Shown: positions 1 through 10,929 of the stretch, piece by piece
Layout: each line of letters opens with the position of its first letter
Position numbering within the stretch: position 1 is the stretch's first letter
Source: Alphaproteobacteria bacterium
GTDB lineage: Bacteria > Pseudomonadota > Alphaproteobacteria > MPNO01
DNA: 64,000 bases
Direction: 5' to 3'
Assembly (NCBI GenBank): GCA_964291675.2
Contig: OZ219866.1
Coordinates: 2,720,001-2,784,000, forward strand
Notes under the pieces: generated by a model
Databases searched by the model: none
Seen by the model: only the letters and a program-made list of their open reading frames with translations
Told to the model about the DNA's origin: nothing
Position numbers and translations under genes: made by a program

Positions 1-2
1 CC

Positions 3-1262
3 GACGCCGCGCGGGAAAAGCGGGGATCGGAGATCCGCGCCCGGGTGGAGGCCGAGGTCGGGGCCAACCGCAAGATCGTCCTCGAGGCCGGCGGGCTGTG
101 CGTGATCGGCACCGAGCGGCACGAGGCGCGGCGCATCGACAACCAGCTTCGCGGCCGTTCCGGGCGCCAGGGCGATCCCGGCCGGTCGCGCTTCTTCCTG
201 TCGCTGGAGGACGATCTGATGCGGATCTTCGGGTCCGAGCGGATCGACGGCATGCTGCGCCGCCTCGGCCTCGAAGAGGGCGAGGCGATCGTCCATCCGT
301 GGATCAACAAGGCGCTGGAGAAGGCCCAGAAGAAGGTGGAGGAACGCAACTTCGAAATCCGCAAGAACCTGCTGCGCTTCGACGACGTGATGAACGACCA
401 GCGCAAGGTGATCTACGACCAGCGCAAGGACTTGATGAACGCCAAGGACGTGTCCGAGACGATCGGCGACATGCGCCACGAGGCGATCCGCGGCGCGGTC
501 GCGCGCTGCATTCCCGAGCGCGCCTATGCGGAGCAATGGGACGTCGAGACGTTGCACGGGGAAGGGTTGCGCCTGCTCGGTCTCGACATGCCGGTCGCGG
601 AATGGGCCGAGGAGGAGGGGATCGCCGACGAGGAGATCGCCGACCGCATGATCGCTGCCGGCGACCGCCTGATGGCCGAGAAGGTCGCCAACTACACGCC
701 CGCGATCATGCGGCTTGCGGAAAAGAGCATCTTGCTCCAGCTCCTCGACCAGACCTGGAAGGAGCATCTGCTCGGGCTCGACCACCTGCGCCAGGGCATC
801 GGCTTGCGCGCCTACGGCCAGAAGGACCCGCTCAACGAGTACAAGCGCGAGGCGTTCGACCTGTTCAACGCGATGCTCGAACAGCTGCGCGAGACCACGA
901 CCTCGGTGATGTGCCATCTCGACCTGGAGATCCGCGACCCGGACGCGCTCGCCCCGCGCGAGGAACGGGAAGGGGTGGTCGAGGGGCGATCGGACCCGGC
1001 CATGGCGGGGGCCGACCCGTTCGGCGGGGCGGAACCGGAAGCCCTCCATCCGGCCGCGGCCTTCGCGCGGGGTCCGGCGCCCCGCAGCGCGGCGCTGGCC
1101 GGCGCGGTCGACGAGGTGCCGCCGGGCTGGACCTTCTACGAGCCGCTCGGCCGCCACCTGGACCCGGAGATCCCGGAAACCTGGGGCAAGGTGCCGCGCA
1201 ACGCCGCCTGCCCCTGCGGGTCGGCCAGGAAATACAAGCACTGCCACGGACGGGTGGCCTGA
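3..1262 (+). CDS. secA: Preprotein translocase subunit SecA (5'-truncated by window edge)
   Basis: [31 protein letters not shown] motif, [14 protein letters not shown]-terminal SEC-C zinc motif [18 protein letters not shown]. Confidence 0.98.
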   Translation, partial: DAAREKRGSEIRARVEAEVGANRKIVLEAGGLCVIGTERHEARRIDNQLRGRSGRQGDPGRSRFFLSLEDDLMRIFGSERIDGMLRRLGLEEGEAIVHPWINKALEKAQKKVEERNFEIRKNLLRFDDVMNDQRKVIYDQRKDLMNAKDVSETIGDMRHEAIRGAVARCIPERAYAEQWDVETLHGEGLRLLGLDMPVAEWAEEEGIADEEIADRMIAAGDRLMAEKVANYTPAIMRLAEKSILLQLLDQTWKEHLLGLDHLRQGIGLRAYGQKDPLNEYKREAFDLFNAMLEQLRETTTSVMCHLDLEIRDPDALAPREEREGVVEGRSDPAMAGADPFGGAEPEALHPAAAFARGPAPRSAALAGAVDEVPPGWTFYEPLGRHLDPEIPETWGKVPRNAACPCGSARKYKHCHGRVA

Positions 1263-1274
1263 CCGGGCGCCGTC

Positions 1275-2246
<972 letters not shown>

Positions 2247-2249
2247 GGC

Positions 2250-3176
2250 TCAGCCGCGATTTGCCAGCGGATGGTGCGCCTCGACCAGGCGCTGCAGCCG
2301 GTCGTCCACCAGATGGGTGTAGATCTCCGTGGTGGCGAGGTCGGCATGGCCGAGCATGCGCTGCACGCTCCTGAGATCGGCCTCGTTGGCAACCAGATGG
2401 GTGGCGAACGCATGGCGAAGTACATGCGGCGAGACGCGATTCGCGTCAAGGCCGCAGCTTCCGGCCAAAGCCTTGAGTTCGCGGGCGAAATGCGAACGGG
2501 TGAGGTGCCCCGCCCGGGATCTCGAGGGGAACAGGAACTTGGACGTCCCGGCGTCCGGCACGAATTTCAGGCGATGGGGGAGATAGGCCTTGAGCGCGGT
2601 CCGGGCCGGTTCGCCGATCGGCACCAGCCGCTCCTTGGCCCCCTTGCCGCGCACCGAGATCAACGCGTCCTCGCCGAGCAGCGCGCCGACCGGCAGGGAG
2701 ACCAGCTCGCTGACCCGAAGCCCGCTCGCATAGAGCAGCTCCAGCAAGGCGTGCAGCCGGAGTCCGCGAATGCCCGGACGCTCTTTCGCGGCGGCGATCA
2801 GGCGCCCGACCTCGTCCTCGTTCAGCAGCTTCGGGAGCGGCCGGCCCCGCCGCGGCGGGTCGATCCGCGACATCGGGTCATCCGTGCGCACCCCTTCGGC
2901 GATCAGGAACCCGAAGAGCTGGCGAATCGCCGCGATGCGCCGGGACGCGGTCCGCGCCGAGAGCCCCCGCGCGGAGAGGGATGCGAGATAGATCCTGAGA
3001 TGCCCGTCCGCGACATCGGCGAGCGCCGGGCGGGAGGGCAGGGTGGAGAGGAACCGGCTCAGATCCTCGGCATCCCGCCGGTAGGCGGCGATCGTGTTAT
3101 GCGCCGCGCCCCGTTCGGCGGCCATCATCTCGAGGAAGGACTCGACGTGGCGGGCGTCTCCGGCCATGGCCGTCAC
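2250..3176 (-). CDS. xerD: Site-specific tyrosine recombinase XerD
   Basis: LYASGLRVSEL, SPHVLRHAFATHL, LGHADLATTEIYTH catalytic motifs; typical alphaproteobacterial position upstream of accA. Confidence 0.92.
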   Translation of the reverse strand: MTAMAGDARHVESFLEMMAAERGAAHNTIAAYRRDAEDLSRFLSTLPSRPALADVADGHLRIYLASLSARGLSARTASRRIAAIRQLFGFLIAEGVRTDDPMSRIDPPRRGRPLPKLLNEDEVGRLIAAAKERPGIRGLRLHALLELLYASGLRVSELVSLPVGALLGEDALISVRGKGAKERLVPIGEPARTALKAYLPHRLKFVPDAGTSKFLFPSRSRAGHLTRSHFARELKALAGSCGLDANRVSPHVLRHAFATHLVANEADLRSVQRMLGHADLATTEIYTHLVDDRLQRLVEAHHPLANRG

Positions 3177-5038
3177 AACCGGTACGCCACGGCGGTCTCA
3201 AGCGCGAGCGACCTGGCCTCCGGATCGAGGCCGACCCGCCTCAGGCTCTCGACCACCAGCCGCATCGCCGCCGCTCCCGGCGTCTCGCCGTTGGCGCCGT
3301 TGAGGCCGAGCAGGGCGATCAGAACGGTCTCTCCCACCCGCCCGGCCGCCGAGGCTTCCTGGAGGGCGCGCCCCCAGGCGATGTCGGGCGCCGCCATGCG
3401 GGCCGGCGGTCCCGCCGCCAGCAAATCCGCCCAGCGCCCCGGGCCCGGCTCCGCGCCGAGCGCCTCGAGCAGGGAGAGAGCGACCACCTCCGCCTGGCGC
3501 GCGGTCTCCGCGTCGCCGCCATGGGCGCTGCGCCGCCATGCCGCCAGGGCGGTCTCGTCGACCGCCGCCGCGGTGTCCGGTGCGGCCAGGAGGCCGATCG
3601 CCCAGAGGCGGGACGAGGCTTCCCCGGCCACCGTGCCGGGCTCCGCTTCGCTCTCGGCGAGCCCCAGCCAGGCCCGTGCCTGTTCCACTTGGCCTGCCGT
3701 CAGCAGGGCCGACACCGCGTCGGGAGCGAACCAGGCCAGCGCGGGGTCCTGCGGAAGCGCCGCGAGGACCGGCACGCTCGCCGCGGCCACGACGTCGTAG
3801 CCGCCGTTCTCCTGGGCAAGCTCGAAGGCGTGTCTCAGGAGCCGGGCCTTCGCTTCCGCGCCGTCCGCGGCCGCCGCGCTGAGCAGCAGCAGGGCGCGGC
3901 CCCGCGGTCCCCATACGCCTGCCGCGGTCTTTGCCGGATCGGCGTGGGCGTCGTCGTCCCACTGCACCGCGGCGTAGAGCTCGTTCAGCCGGTCCGCGTC
4001 GATCGCGCCATAGACCAGCGCGCGCTCGCCCGCCGCGAGCCGCAGATCGAGCCCGGCGTTCGGGCTGGCGGCGACGCTGCGCAGCACCGCCGGGCGGTCC
4101 GAGCCCAGCACGTCGGCCGGAAGGCGCACATTGGCCGCGCGCATCATCGCCAAATCGAGCCCGGCGGGGTCGGGAAGGCTCTCGACGACCGCCGTCTCGC
4201 CGCCGTTGAGCGTCTCCACCAGCTCCGGGAAGAACGGCGCACTCTCGTCGCCGCGCTCGGCAAGGACATCCACGATGATGTCGGCCCGCGCGCCTTCGTC
4301 CGAGAGCAGCAGGCAGAACGCGAACGCCCGCTGCCAATAGGAGTCCTCGGAACGGCGGGCGACGTCGCGCACGCGCTGGCAGGCGCCGGAATTGTCGTTC
4401 AGCAGGAACAGCGCCTCAACGGCGCTGCGCGACAGGGTCTCCCCGGCCCGGTCGAGCGGAACCTGGTTCGCCAGGCGGCTCGCCGCTTCGGCCGCGCCGA
4501 GCTCCACCAGCCGCGCGACGCGCGAGGTCAGCATGTCGGGCCCGTTCGATTCGCCATGCGGCGCCTGCGCGCGGGTGGACAGCAGCCGTATGGCCAGCTT
4601 GCGGGCCGAGGCGGAGCGCGATTTCGCGGGCAGGCGGGCGAGGAGCTTCTCGATCAGGGAGCGCTTAGATCCGCGCCACAACGTGACGCCGAGCCCGCCC
4701 TCGTCCTTGTCGATGAGTCCGACCGATGCCGTATCGAGAACCTCGAGCGCGGTCGCCGTCACCGACCCGCCGTCCGGCGGCTCCGCCTCCCGCGCGGCGG
4801 CCGGCGGCGTACCGGTCTCGGGCGGCTTGACCGGCTCGGCGGAGGGCTCCTCGGAGCTCGCCGGCGGGATCAGGCGGACGGGCGCGCTCGGGCGTTCCGA
4901 CGAGTCGGTCTGGGCGAGGCGGAGCGGCCTGTCCCCGTCCCGCGCCGCGGCGCCGGGTGCGGTCGCCGCAAGGGCGAGGGTTGCGACCGCCGTGGCGGCG
5001 GCGAGCAATGCGACCGGTCTAGCGTGGCAACCGCGCAT
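3173..5038 (-). CDS. Conserved exported hypothetical protein (Ala-rich, signal peptide, Pro-rich linker)
   Basis: Real start probably ATG 5038 (MRGCHARPVALLAAATAV..., hydrophobic signal); GGLGVTLWRGS motif; stop overlaps xerD start; the 907-aa ORF call is over-extended. Confidence 0.75.
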   Translation of the reverse strand: MRGCHARPVALLAAATAVATLALAATAPGAAARDGDRPLRLAQTDSSERPSAPVRLIPPASSEEPSAEPVKPPETGTPPAAAREAEPPDGGSVTATALEVLDTASVGLIDKDEGGLGVTLWRGSKRSLIEKLLARLPAKSRSASARKLAIRLLSTRAQAPHGESNGPDMLTSRVARLVELGAAEAASRLANQVPLDRAGETLSRSAVEALFLLNDNSGACQRVRDVARRSEDSYWQRAFAFCLLLSDEGARADIIVDVLAERGDESAPFFPELVETLNGGETAVVESLPDPAGLDLAMMRAANVRLPADVLGSDRPAVLRSVAASPNAGLDLRLAAGERALVYGAIDADRLNELYAAVQWDDDAHADPAKTAAGVWGPRGRALLLLSAAAADGAEAKARLLRHAFELAQENGGYDVVAAASVPVLAALPQDPALAWFAPDAVSALLTAGQVEQARAWLGLAESEAEPGTVAGEASSRLWAIGLLAAPDTAAAVDETALAAWRRSAHGGDAETARQAEVVALSLLEALGAEPGPGRWADLLAAGPPARMAAPDIAWGRALQEASAAGRVGETVLIALLGLNGANGETPGAAAMRLVVESLRRVGLDPEARSLALETAVAYRL

Positions 5039-5159
5039 CGGGGATGACCTTCTCCACCCTGGCCGTCGGCGGCGGGATATCGGAGAGCGCGAAATAGACG
5101 GCGCCCGCGACGACCGCCAGCACGGCAACGACAACCAACACGCGGGACAGCCTGTGCAT
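5019..5159 (-). CDS. Small single-TM membrane protein (46 aa)
   Basis: [46 protein letters not shown]; resembles the small protein commonly found divergent from aroK in Alphaproteobacteria. Confidence 0.7.
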   Translation of the reverse strand: MHRLSRVLVVVAVLAVVAGAVYFALSDIPPPTARVEKVIPDARLPR

Positions 5160-5341
5160 GCGGCGACTCGACCCCAGAAGCGATGCCGGCGGAAACCCCT
5201 CCCGCCGCCGATGTCGGCGACATCGGGTACCATCCATACTATAATTCGCCGGCTAATGTATGACTGTGGCAAATTTGCGGCGGGTCGCCTTCGCGGCGGG
5301 AAATCCCGCCGTGCAGCCGGGCTTGTCCAAGGGCGGTCGCC

Positions 5342-5908
5342 TTGAGCGAGCGAGAAACCCCCGGGATCTCGCGCTCCATCGTGCTCGTCGGTCTGATGGG
5401 GGCGGGCAAGACGTGCATCGGCCGCGAGCTCGCCAAGCTCTACGACCTGCCGTTCGTCGACGCCGACGACGAGATCGAGGCCGCCGCCGGCTGCGCGATC
5501 GAGGACATATTCGCCGTCTACGGCGAAGCGGAATTCCGCAGCGGCGAACGCCGGGTGATCGCGCGGCTGCTCGACCGGCCGACCCAGGTGCTGGCGACCG
5601 GCGGCGGCGCGTTCATGGATTCCGACACCAGGGCGGCGATCCGCGCCAAGGCGGTCTCGGTCTGGCTGCGCGCGGATGTCGAGCTGCTGCTGGGCCGGGT
5701 GGCGCGGCGCGACAATCGCCCGCTCCTGAAGCAGGACGACCCCCGCCGGGTTCTCGAGCGTCTGATGGCGGAGCGCTACCCGGTCTATGCACAAGCCGAC
5801 CTCGTGGTCGACACGACGGAGGAAAAGCCGCGGGCCACCGCAGCCCGCGTGGCCGCGGCGATCGACGCATTCCTGGCCGGAGAACGGACGGCGCAACCGG
5901 CGATATGA
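5342..5908 (+). CDS. aroK: Shikimate kinase
   Basis: IVLVGLMGAGKT P-loop, GEAEFR, ATGGG, NRPLL. Confidence 0.96.
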   Translation: MSERETPGISRSIVLVGLMGAGKTCIGRELAKLYDLPFVDADDEIEAAAGCAIEDIFAVYGEAEFRSGERRVIARLLDRPTQVLATGGGAFMDSDTRAAIRAKAVSVWLRADVELLLGRVARRDNRPLLKQDDPRRVLERLMAERYPVYAQADLVVDTTEEKPRATAARVAAAIDAFLAGERTAQPAI

Positions 5909-7014
5909 GCCAGACCCTGCGAGTCGAACTCGGCGAGCGCTCCTATGACATCGTCGTCGGCGACGGGCTGATCGACCGGGCCGGCGCGCATCTCGCGCCG
6001 CTCGCCGGACCGCGCCCGTTGCTCGTGGTCACCGACGAGACCGTTGCCTCGCTTCATCTCGGCCGGCTCGAAGCCTCGCTCGATGCCGCCGGTCTCGCAT
6101 GCCATCGCTTCGTCCTGCCCGACGGCGAGGCGAGCAAGAGCTTTGCGCAGCTCCAGGATCTGCTTGAAGGAATCCTGGAGACCCGGCCCGAACGGTCGTC
6201 GGTCGTGGTGGCGCTCGGCGGCGGCGTGGTCGGCGACCTCGCCGGCGTTGCCGCGAGCCTCGCGCTGCGCGGCCTCGGATTCGTGCAGATCCCCACCACG
6301 CTGCTCGCCCAGGTGGACAGCGCCGTTGGCGGCAAGACGGCGATCAACAGCGGCTACGGCAAGAACCTCGTCGGCGCGTTCCACCAGCCGAAGCTGGTGC
6401 TCTCCGACACCGGGACCCTCGACACGCTGCCCAGGCGCGAGCGTCTCGCCGGCTACGCCGAGGTGGTGAAATACGGGCTGCTCGGCGACCGTGCCTTCTT
6501 CGAATGGCTGGAGGACCAGGGCGGCGCGGTGATCGACGGCGGGGGCGAGGCCCGCGGCTACGCGGTGCGCAAGAGCTGCGCCGCCAAGGCCGCCATCGTC
6601 GCCGCCGACGAGACCGAGCAAGGGGTGCGCGCGCTGCTCAATCTCGGCCACACCTTCGGCCACGCGCTCGAGGCGCGGGCGCGCTATGACGGGGCGGTGC
6701 TGCATGGCGAGGCGGTCGCTGTCGGTCTGGTCCTCGCCTTCGCCCTGTCGGCCGAGCTCGGGCTCTGCGGGCACGACGACGCGGCGCGGGTGCGGCGCCA
6801 TCTGCGGGCGGTGGGGCTGCCCGCGGCGGTGGCCGAGCTCGGCGCCGAGCTCGGCGGCGCGGACGACCTGATCGCCGCGATGGGGCGCGACAAGAAGGTT
6901 CGTTCCGGCGAGCTCAACTTCGTCCTGGCGCGCGGGATCGGCGACGCGTTCATCGCTTCCGGGATCGACCGTTCCGCGCTGGAGACCGTCCTCGCGCGCG
7001 AGTTCGCCGCATGA
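5905..7014 (+). CDS. aroB: 3-dehydroquinate synthase
   Basis: ATG 5905 overlapping aroK stop; GGGVVGD, PTTLLAQVDSAVGGKT, LNLGHTFGHA, LHGEAV. Confidence 0.97.
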   Translation: MSQTLRVELGERSYDIVVGDGLIDRAGAHLAPLAGPRPLLVVTDETVASLHLGRLEASLDAAGLACHRFVLPDGEASKSFAQLQDLLEGILETRPERSSVVVALGGGVVGDLAGVAASLALRGLGFVQIPTTLLAQVDSAVGGKTAINSGYGKNLVGAFHQPKLVLSDTGTLDTLPRRERLAGYAEVVKYGLLGDRAFFEWLEDQGGAVIDGGGEARGYAVRKSCAAKAAIVAADETEQGVRALLNLGHTFGHALEARARYDGAVLHGEAVAVGLVLAFALSAELGLCGHDDAARVRRHLRAVGLPAAVAELGAELGGADDLIAAMGRDKKVRSGELNFVLARGIGDAFIASGIDRSALETVLAREFAA

Positions 7015-8324
7015 CCATCGCGCTGGTCGCCACGCTCGCGGGCATTGCCGTTCTGATCCTGCTGTCCGCCTTCTTTTCCGGCTCCGAGACCGCGCTCACC
7101 GCCGCCTCGCACCCGCGCATGCACCAGCTCGAGCGCAAGGGCGAGCGGCGGGCGGGCATCGTCAACCGGCTGCGCCAGCGCAAGGAGCGGATGATCGGTG
7201 CCATCCTGCTCGGCAACAATTTGGTCAACATCCTCGCCTCGGCGCTGGCCACCAGCGTGCTGATCTCGGCGGTCGGCGAGACCGGGGTGGTCTACGCCAC
7301 GATCGCGATGACGCTGCTGGTGCTGGTCTTCGGCGAGATCCTTCCCAAGACCTTCGCGTTTCAGAACCCGGACCGCGTGGCGCTGCTGATCGCCCCGGTG
7401 TTCCGGGTGCTGGTGGCGGTGCTGGGTCCGATCACCGACGGCTTCCAGATCGTCGTCCGCGGGCTGCTCGGCCTGTTCAGGGTCTACTCCCGCGGCGGCG
7501 AGGAGCGCGCCCGGGCGCTGGAGGAGCTGCGCGGCGCGATCGAGCTCCACCCGGGCAGCGGCAGCTCCGCCGACCAGGAACGGGCGATGCTGCGCAGCAT
7601 CCTCGACCTCAACGATGTCGAGGTCGAGATGGTGATGCGCCACCGCATGGACGTGGTCGCGCTCGACGCCGACCAGCCGGCGTCGGAGATCGTCGACCAG
7701 GCGCTCGGCAGCCCGCATACCCGCATCCCGCTGTGGCGCGACAACCCCGACAACGTGGTCGGCGTATTGCACGCCCGGGAGCTCGCCCGCGCCATGCGCG
7801 CCCATGCCGGCGACCTCGATTCGCTGGAGATCGACCGCATCTGCGCAAAGCCCTGGTTCGTGCCGGAGACCACCACGCTGCTCGACCAGCTCCAGGCCTT
7901 CCGGCGGCGGCACGAGCACTTCGCGCTGGTGGTCGACGAGTACGGCGCCCTGATGGGGATCATCACGCTGGAGGACATCATCGAGGAGATCGTGGGCGAG
8001 ATCTCCGACGAACACGACGTCGTCCCGATCGGCGTCCGGCGGCAGCGCGACGGCGCCTATCTGATCGACGGGGCGGTGACCGTGCGCGACCTCAACCGGC
8101 GTTTCGACTGGGAGCTGCCCGACCAGGAGGCGGCGACCATCGCGGGCCTGGTCATCCACGAGGCCAGGATCATCCCCGAGATCGGCCAGATCTTCGTGTT
8201 CCACGGCTTCCGCTTCGAGGTCATGCGGCGCGAGCGCAACCAGCTCACCCAGATCCGCGTCTCGCGCGCCGATGGCGGGGCGCAGGAAACCCCGCCCGCG
8301 CAACAGGCCGCGCCCGCGGGTTGA
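7011..8324 (+). CDS. HlyC/CorC family (CNNM-CBS-CorC) transporter
   Basis: SAFFSGSETA, FGEILPK, CBS pair VVDEYG...TLEDIIEEIVGEI, CorC_HlyC C-terminus. Confidence 0.93.
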   Translation: MTIALVATLAGIAVLILLSAFFSGSETALTAASHPRMHQLERKGERRAGIVNRLRQRKERMIGAILLGNNLVNILASALATSVLISAVGETGVVYATIAMTLLVLVFGEILPKTFAFQNPDRVALLIAPVFRVLVAVLGPITDGFQIVVRGLLGLFRVYSRGGEERARALEELRGAIELHPGSGSSADQERAMLRSILDLNDVEVEMVMRHRMDVVALDADQPASEIVDQALGSPHTRIPLWRDNPDNVVGVLHARELARAMRAHAGDLDSLEIDRICAKPWFVPETTTLLDQLQAFRRRHEHFALVVDEYGALMGIITLEDIIEEIVGEISDEHDVVPIGVRRQRDGAYLIDGAVTVRDLNRRFDWELPDQEAATIAGLVIHEARIIPEIGQIFVFHGFRFEVMRRERNQLTQIRVSRADGGAQETPPAQQAAPAG

Positions 8325-8327
8325 CGC

Positions 8328-8441
8328 GGGCGCCTCTGGAGCGTCCATCCGGAGCACCTCGATTCGCGGGGTCTGGCGGCGCTGTGGCGCGAGGCCCTGC
8401 TCGCCCGGGCGGTGCTGCGCGGCGCAACGAGGGGATACCGG
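8328..8441 (+). pseudogene. Relic of pyrimidine-dimer DNA glycosylase (T4 endonuclease V-like family) 5' end
   Basis: Translates RLWSVHPEHLDSRGLAALWREALLARAVLRGATRGYR, matching the family N-terminus MRLWSLHPxYLDxxGLVALWREALLAQAVLxGxTxGY; start codon is GGG and similarity ends before HHPQL. Confidence 0.75.
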
Positions 8442-8543
8442 ATCGGGTTGCCATGGCTACGGGAGAACGGAACGCGGCCGGGCGTCGGCCGCGCCGTGCC
8501 GTGGCGGGCGCCCCCGGACCGTCGGACGAGCGCGCGCGGACCG

Positions 8544-9068
8544 CTACCCCGGTTCGAAGCCCTCCGGCAGCCGCCACTCCGAGTAGGCGATCGCGTCGAT
8601 GTCGACGGTTATCCCGTGGCCGCGCGCGGGGCCCCGCGGCAGGTCGGCCGCGCCCGCATAGCCCTCGTGGCAGAACAGCTCGATCACGTTGCCCGAGGGA
8701 TCGCGGAAGAACATCAGCGCCTCGATGCCCTGGCGCGTCCACAGATTCGTGGTCGGAATGCCGCAGGCGGCGAGCCAGTTCTGCATCGCGATCAGCGAGT
8801 CCGCATTGCAGGCGAACCCCAGATGGGGGTATTCGGCGCCCGGCTCGATAAAGCTGCAGCCCGCCGACCCGATCCCGATACGCGCGCCGCAGATGTCGAA
8901 CAACGCAAACGCGTCTTCCCTGACCAGCATCTCGCCGCCCAGCACGTCGCGGTAGAAGCGGATCCCCTCGTCGAGGTCGCGGCACGGAACGCTGACATGG
9001 TCGATTCCGTCGAAGCGCGGCGGGCCGGCGACGCCGGCGCCTCGCTCGGCGACTGCGATCTCGGCCAT
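8544..9068 (-). CDS. VOC (glyoxalase/bleomycin resistance/extradiol dioxygenase) family protein
   Basis: IDHVSVPCRDL, FYRDVLG, HLGF, FFRDPSGNVIEL. Confidence 0.88.
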   Translation of the reverse strand: MAEIAVAERGAGVAGPPRFDGIDHVSVPCRDLDEGIRFYRDVLGGEMLVREDAFALFDICGARIGIGSAGCSFIEPGAEYPHLGFACNADSLIAMQNWLAACGIPTTNLWTRQGIEALMFFRDPSGNVIELFCHEGYAGAADLPRGPARGHGITVDIDAIAYSEWRLPEGFEPG

Positions 9069-9099
9069 TCGACCCTCCCTTCGGTTTTCGAGGCCGGGA

Positions 9100-9142
9100 T
9101 GGTAGGACAGTTCCCGCCACCAACAAAGCGGTTGTACCGACA
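9100..9142. promoter_or_regulatory. Possible GntR/FadR-type operator pair in divergent promoter
   Basis: TGGTAGGACAG (9100-9110) and TTGTACCGACA (9132-9142) resemble the TxGT-Nx-ACxA consensus. Confidence 0.3.
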
Positions 9143-10090
9143 GTGCCGATGCCCGAGCCCAAGCCTTCCGTCGTCTCCCTGCGCGGCGTGAGCAAGCGCT
9201 ACGGCCGGCGTCTGGCCGTCGACGGGCTCGACCTCGACGTTCCGGCCGGGCAGTGCTTCGGCCTGCTCGGCCCCAACGGCGCCGGCAAGACGACGACGCT
9301 GAGGATGATCTACGGCGCCGCCCGGCCGAGCGCCGGCACGGTCTCGGTGTTCGGCCGCGACGTGGCGCGGCACGGCCGCGCGGTGCGCGCGCAGCTCGGC
9401 GTGACGCTGCAGGACAACGTGCTGATCGAGACCGCGACCGCGCGCGAGAACATGGAGATCTTCGGGCGCCACTATCTGCTGGACGCCGAGACCATCGCGC
9501 GGCGCGTCGGCACGCTGGTCGAGTTCCTCCAGCTCGGCGCCCACGCCGACATGGTCGTGCGGCGCCTGTCGGGCGGGTTCAAGCGGCGCCTCGCGGTTGC
9601 GCTCTCGCTGATGAACATGCCCGAGCTGCTGATTCTCGACGAGCCCACCACCGGGCTCGACCCCAATGTCCGCCAGGGGCTGTGGTCGCGCGTCCGCGCG
9701 CTCCGCGCGGCCGGCACCACGGTGCTGCTGACCACCCATTACATGGACGAGGCGGAGCGGCTGTGCGACCGGGTGGTGATCATGGCCGCCGGGAGGGCGA
9801 TCGCCGACGACGCCCCGGCCGCGCTGATCGCCACGCATCTCGCGCGCGAGGCCATCGAGTTCGACTGCGACGAGGTGGAGGGGGGGCGGTTCCTCGCCGG
9901 CCTCGCCGATGCCGTGCCGTATCTCCGCGCCGGCAACCGGCTGATGGCCTTCGCCGACGATGCCGGGCGGCTGCAGGAGGCGCTGCGCGCGCTCGACGGC
10001 GGCGACAGGAGACCCATCGTCCTCCGCCCGGCCAATCTGGAGGACGTGTTCCTCTCGCTCAGCGGCACCAGGCTGGACGAGGAGGGCTGA
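9143..10090 (+). CDS. ABC-2 type exporter ATP-binding protein (NodI-like)
   Basis: GPNGAGKTT Walker A, LSGGFKRR signature, ILDEPTTGLDP, THYMDEAE. Confidence 0.92.
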   Translation: MPMPEPKPSVVSLRGVSKRYGRRLAVDGLDLDVPAGQCFGLLGPNGAGKTTTLRMIYGAARPSAGTVSVFGRDVARHGRAVRAQLGVTLQDNVLIETATARENMEIFGRHYLLDAETIARRVGTLVEFLQLGAHADMVVRRLSGGFKRRLAVALSLMNMPELLILDEPTTGLDPNVRQGLWSRVRALRAAGTTVLLTTHYMDEAERLCDRVVIMAAGRAIADDAPAALIATHLAREAIEFDCDEVEGGRFLAGLADAVPYLRAGNRLMAFADDAGRLQEALRALDGGDRRPIVLRPANLEDVFLSLSGTRLDEEG

Positions 10091-10091
10091 A

Positions 10092-10859
10092 TTGGACGTC
10101 TCCCCGCGCCACGCCTGGTCGGTCTGGCGCCGCAACGCGACGCTCTATCGGCGCACCTGGAAGTTCAACATCCTGCCGAATTTCTTCGAGCCGGTGTTCT
10201 ACCTGACGGCGATCGGCATCGGCGTCGGCGCCTATATCTCCGAGATCGGCGGGATGCGCTATATCGAGTTCCTGACGCCCGGGTTGCTGGCGGTCGCGGC
10301 GATGCATGGCGCGAGCTTCGAGGTGACCTACAACGTCTATGTCCGAATCCATTTCGAGAAGGCGTATGACGGCATGCTGACCACACCGGTCGGGCCGGAC
10401 GACATCCTGATCGGCGAGGTCCTGTGGTCGATGACCCGCTCGCTGATCTATGGCGGCGGGTTCTTCGTGGTGGCGACGCTGTTCGGGCTGGTGCCGTTTC
10501 CGGGCGGGCTCGCGGCGCTGGCGGTGATTCCGCTCGCGGGCCTGCTGTTCGCCGCAATCGGCCTCGCCTTCACCATGCGCATCCCCTTCATCGACCTGTT
10601 CAGCTTCTACTTCACCCTGTTCCTCACGCCGCTCTTCCTGTTCTCGGACGTCTTCTTCCCGATCCGCGAACGTCTGCCCGGGGCGTGGCTGATCGTGGCC
10701 GAGGCGCTGCCGCTGCTGCACCCGGTGCGGCTCGCCCGCTCGGCCTTCCAGGGCGAGTGGGGCTGGGTCGCGCTGTGGGATGTGGGCTACATCCTGGTGG
10801 TCTCCGCGCTGCTGCTCGACTTCGCCCGCCGCGGGGTGGCGAAGCGCCTGATGAACTGA
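10092..10859 (+). CDS. ABC-2 type permease (NodJ-like)
   Basis: TTG start directly after ATPase; VWRRN, EPVFYL, multiple TM segments, FSDVFFP. Confidence 0.88.
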   Translation: MDVSPRHAWSVWRRNATLYRRTWKFNILPNFFEPVFYLTAIGIGVGAYISEIGGMRYIEFLTPGLLAVAAMHGASFEVTYNVYVRIHFEKAYDGMLTTPVGPDDILIGEVLWSMTRSLIYGGGFFVVATLFGLVPFPGGLAALAVIPLAGLLFAAIGLAFTMRIPFIDLFSFYFTLFLTPLFLFSDVFFPIRERLPGAWLIVAEALPLLHPVRLARSAFQGEWGWVALWDVGYILVVSALLLDFARRGVAKRLMN

Positions 10860-10929
10860 CCGGGCGCGCCGATTGCCGGGCACAGCGGCGGCGTGTAGCA
10901 TCCGCGCGCCCCAACGCGGAGGGAGAGAC

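Noticed and set aside
1080-1180. Extra segment ([14 protein letters not shown]) in the SecA C-terminal linker
   Set aside because: This linker is highly variable; nothing indicates an inserted element
2250-3176. Tyrosine recombinase as a possible integrase of a mobile element
   Set aside because: Sequence and core context (aroK/accA) fit chromosomal XerD; no att sites or cargo seen
5293-5313. Hairpin CGCGGCGGG-AAAT-CCCGCCGTG upstream of aroK
   Set aside because: No U-tract and no recognisable RNA family; such stems are common by chance at this GC content
9143-10859. nodIJ as evidence of nodulation
   Set aside because: NodI/J-like exporters are widespread and no nodABC is present
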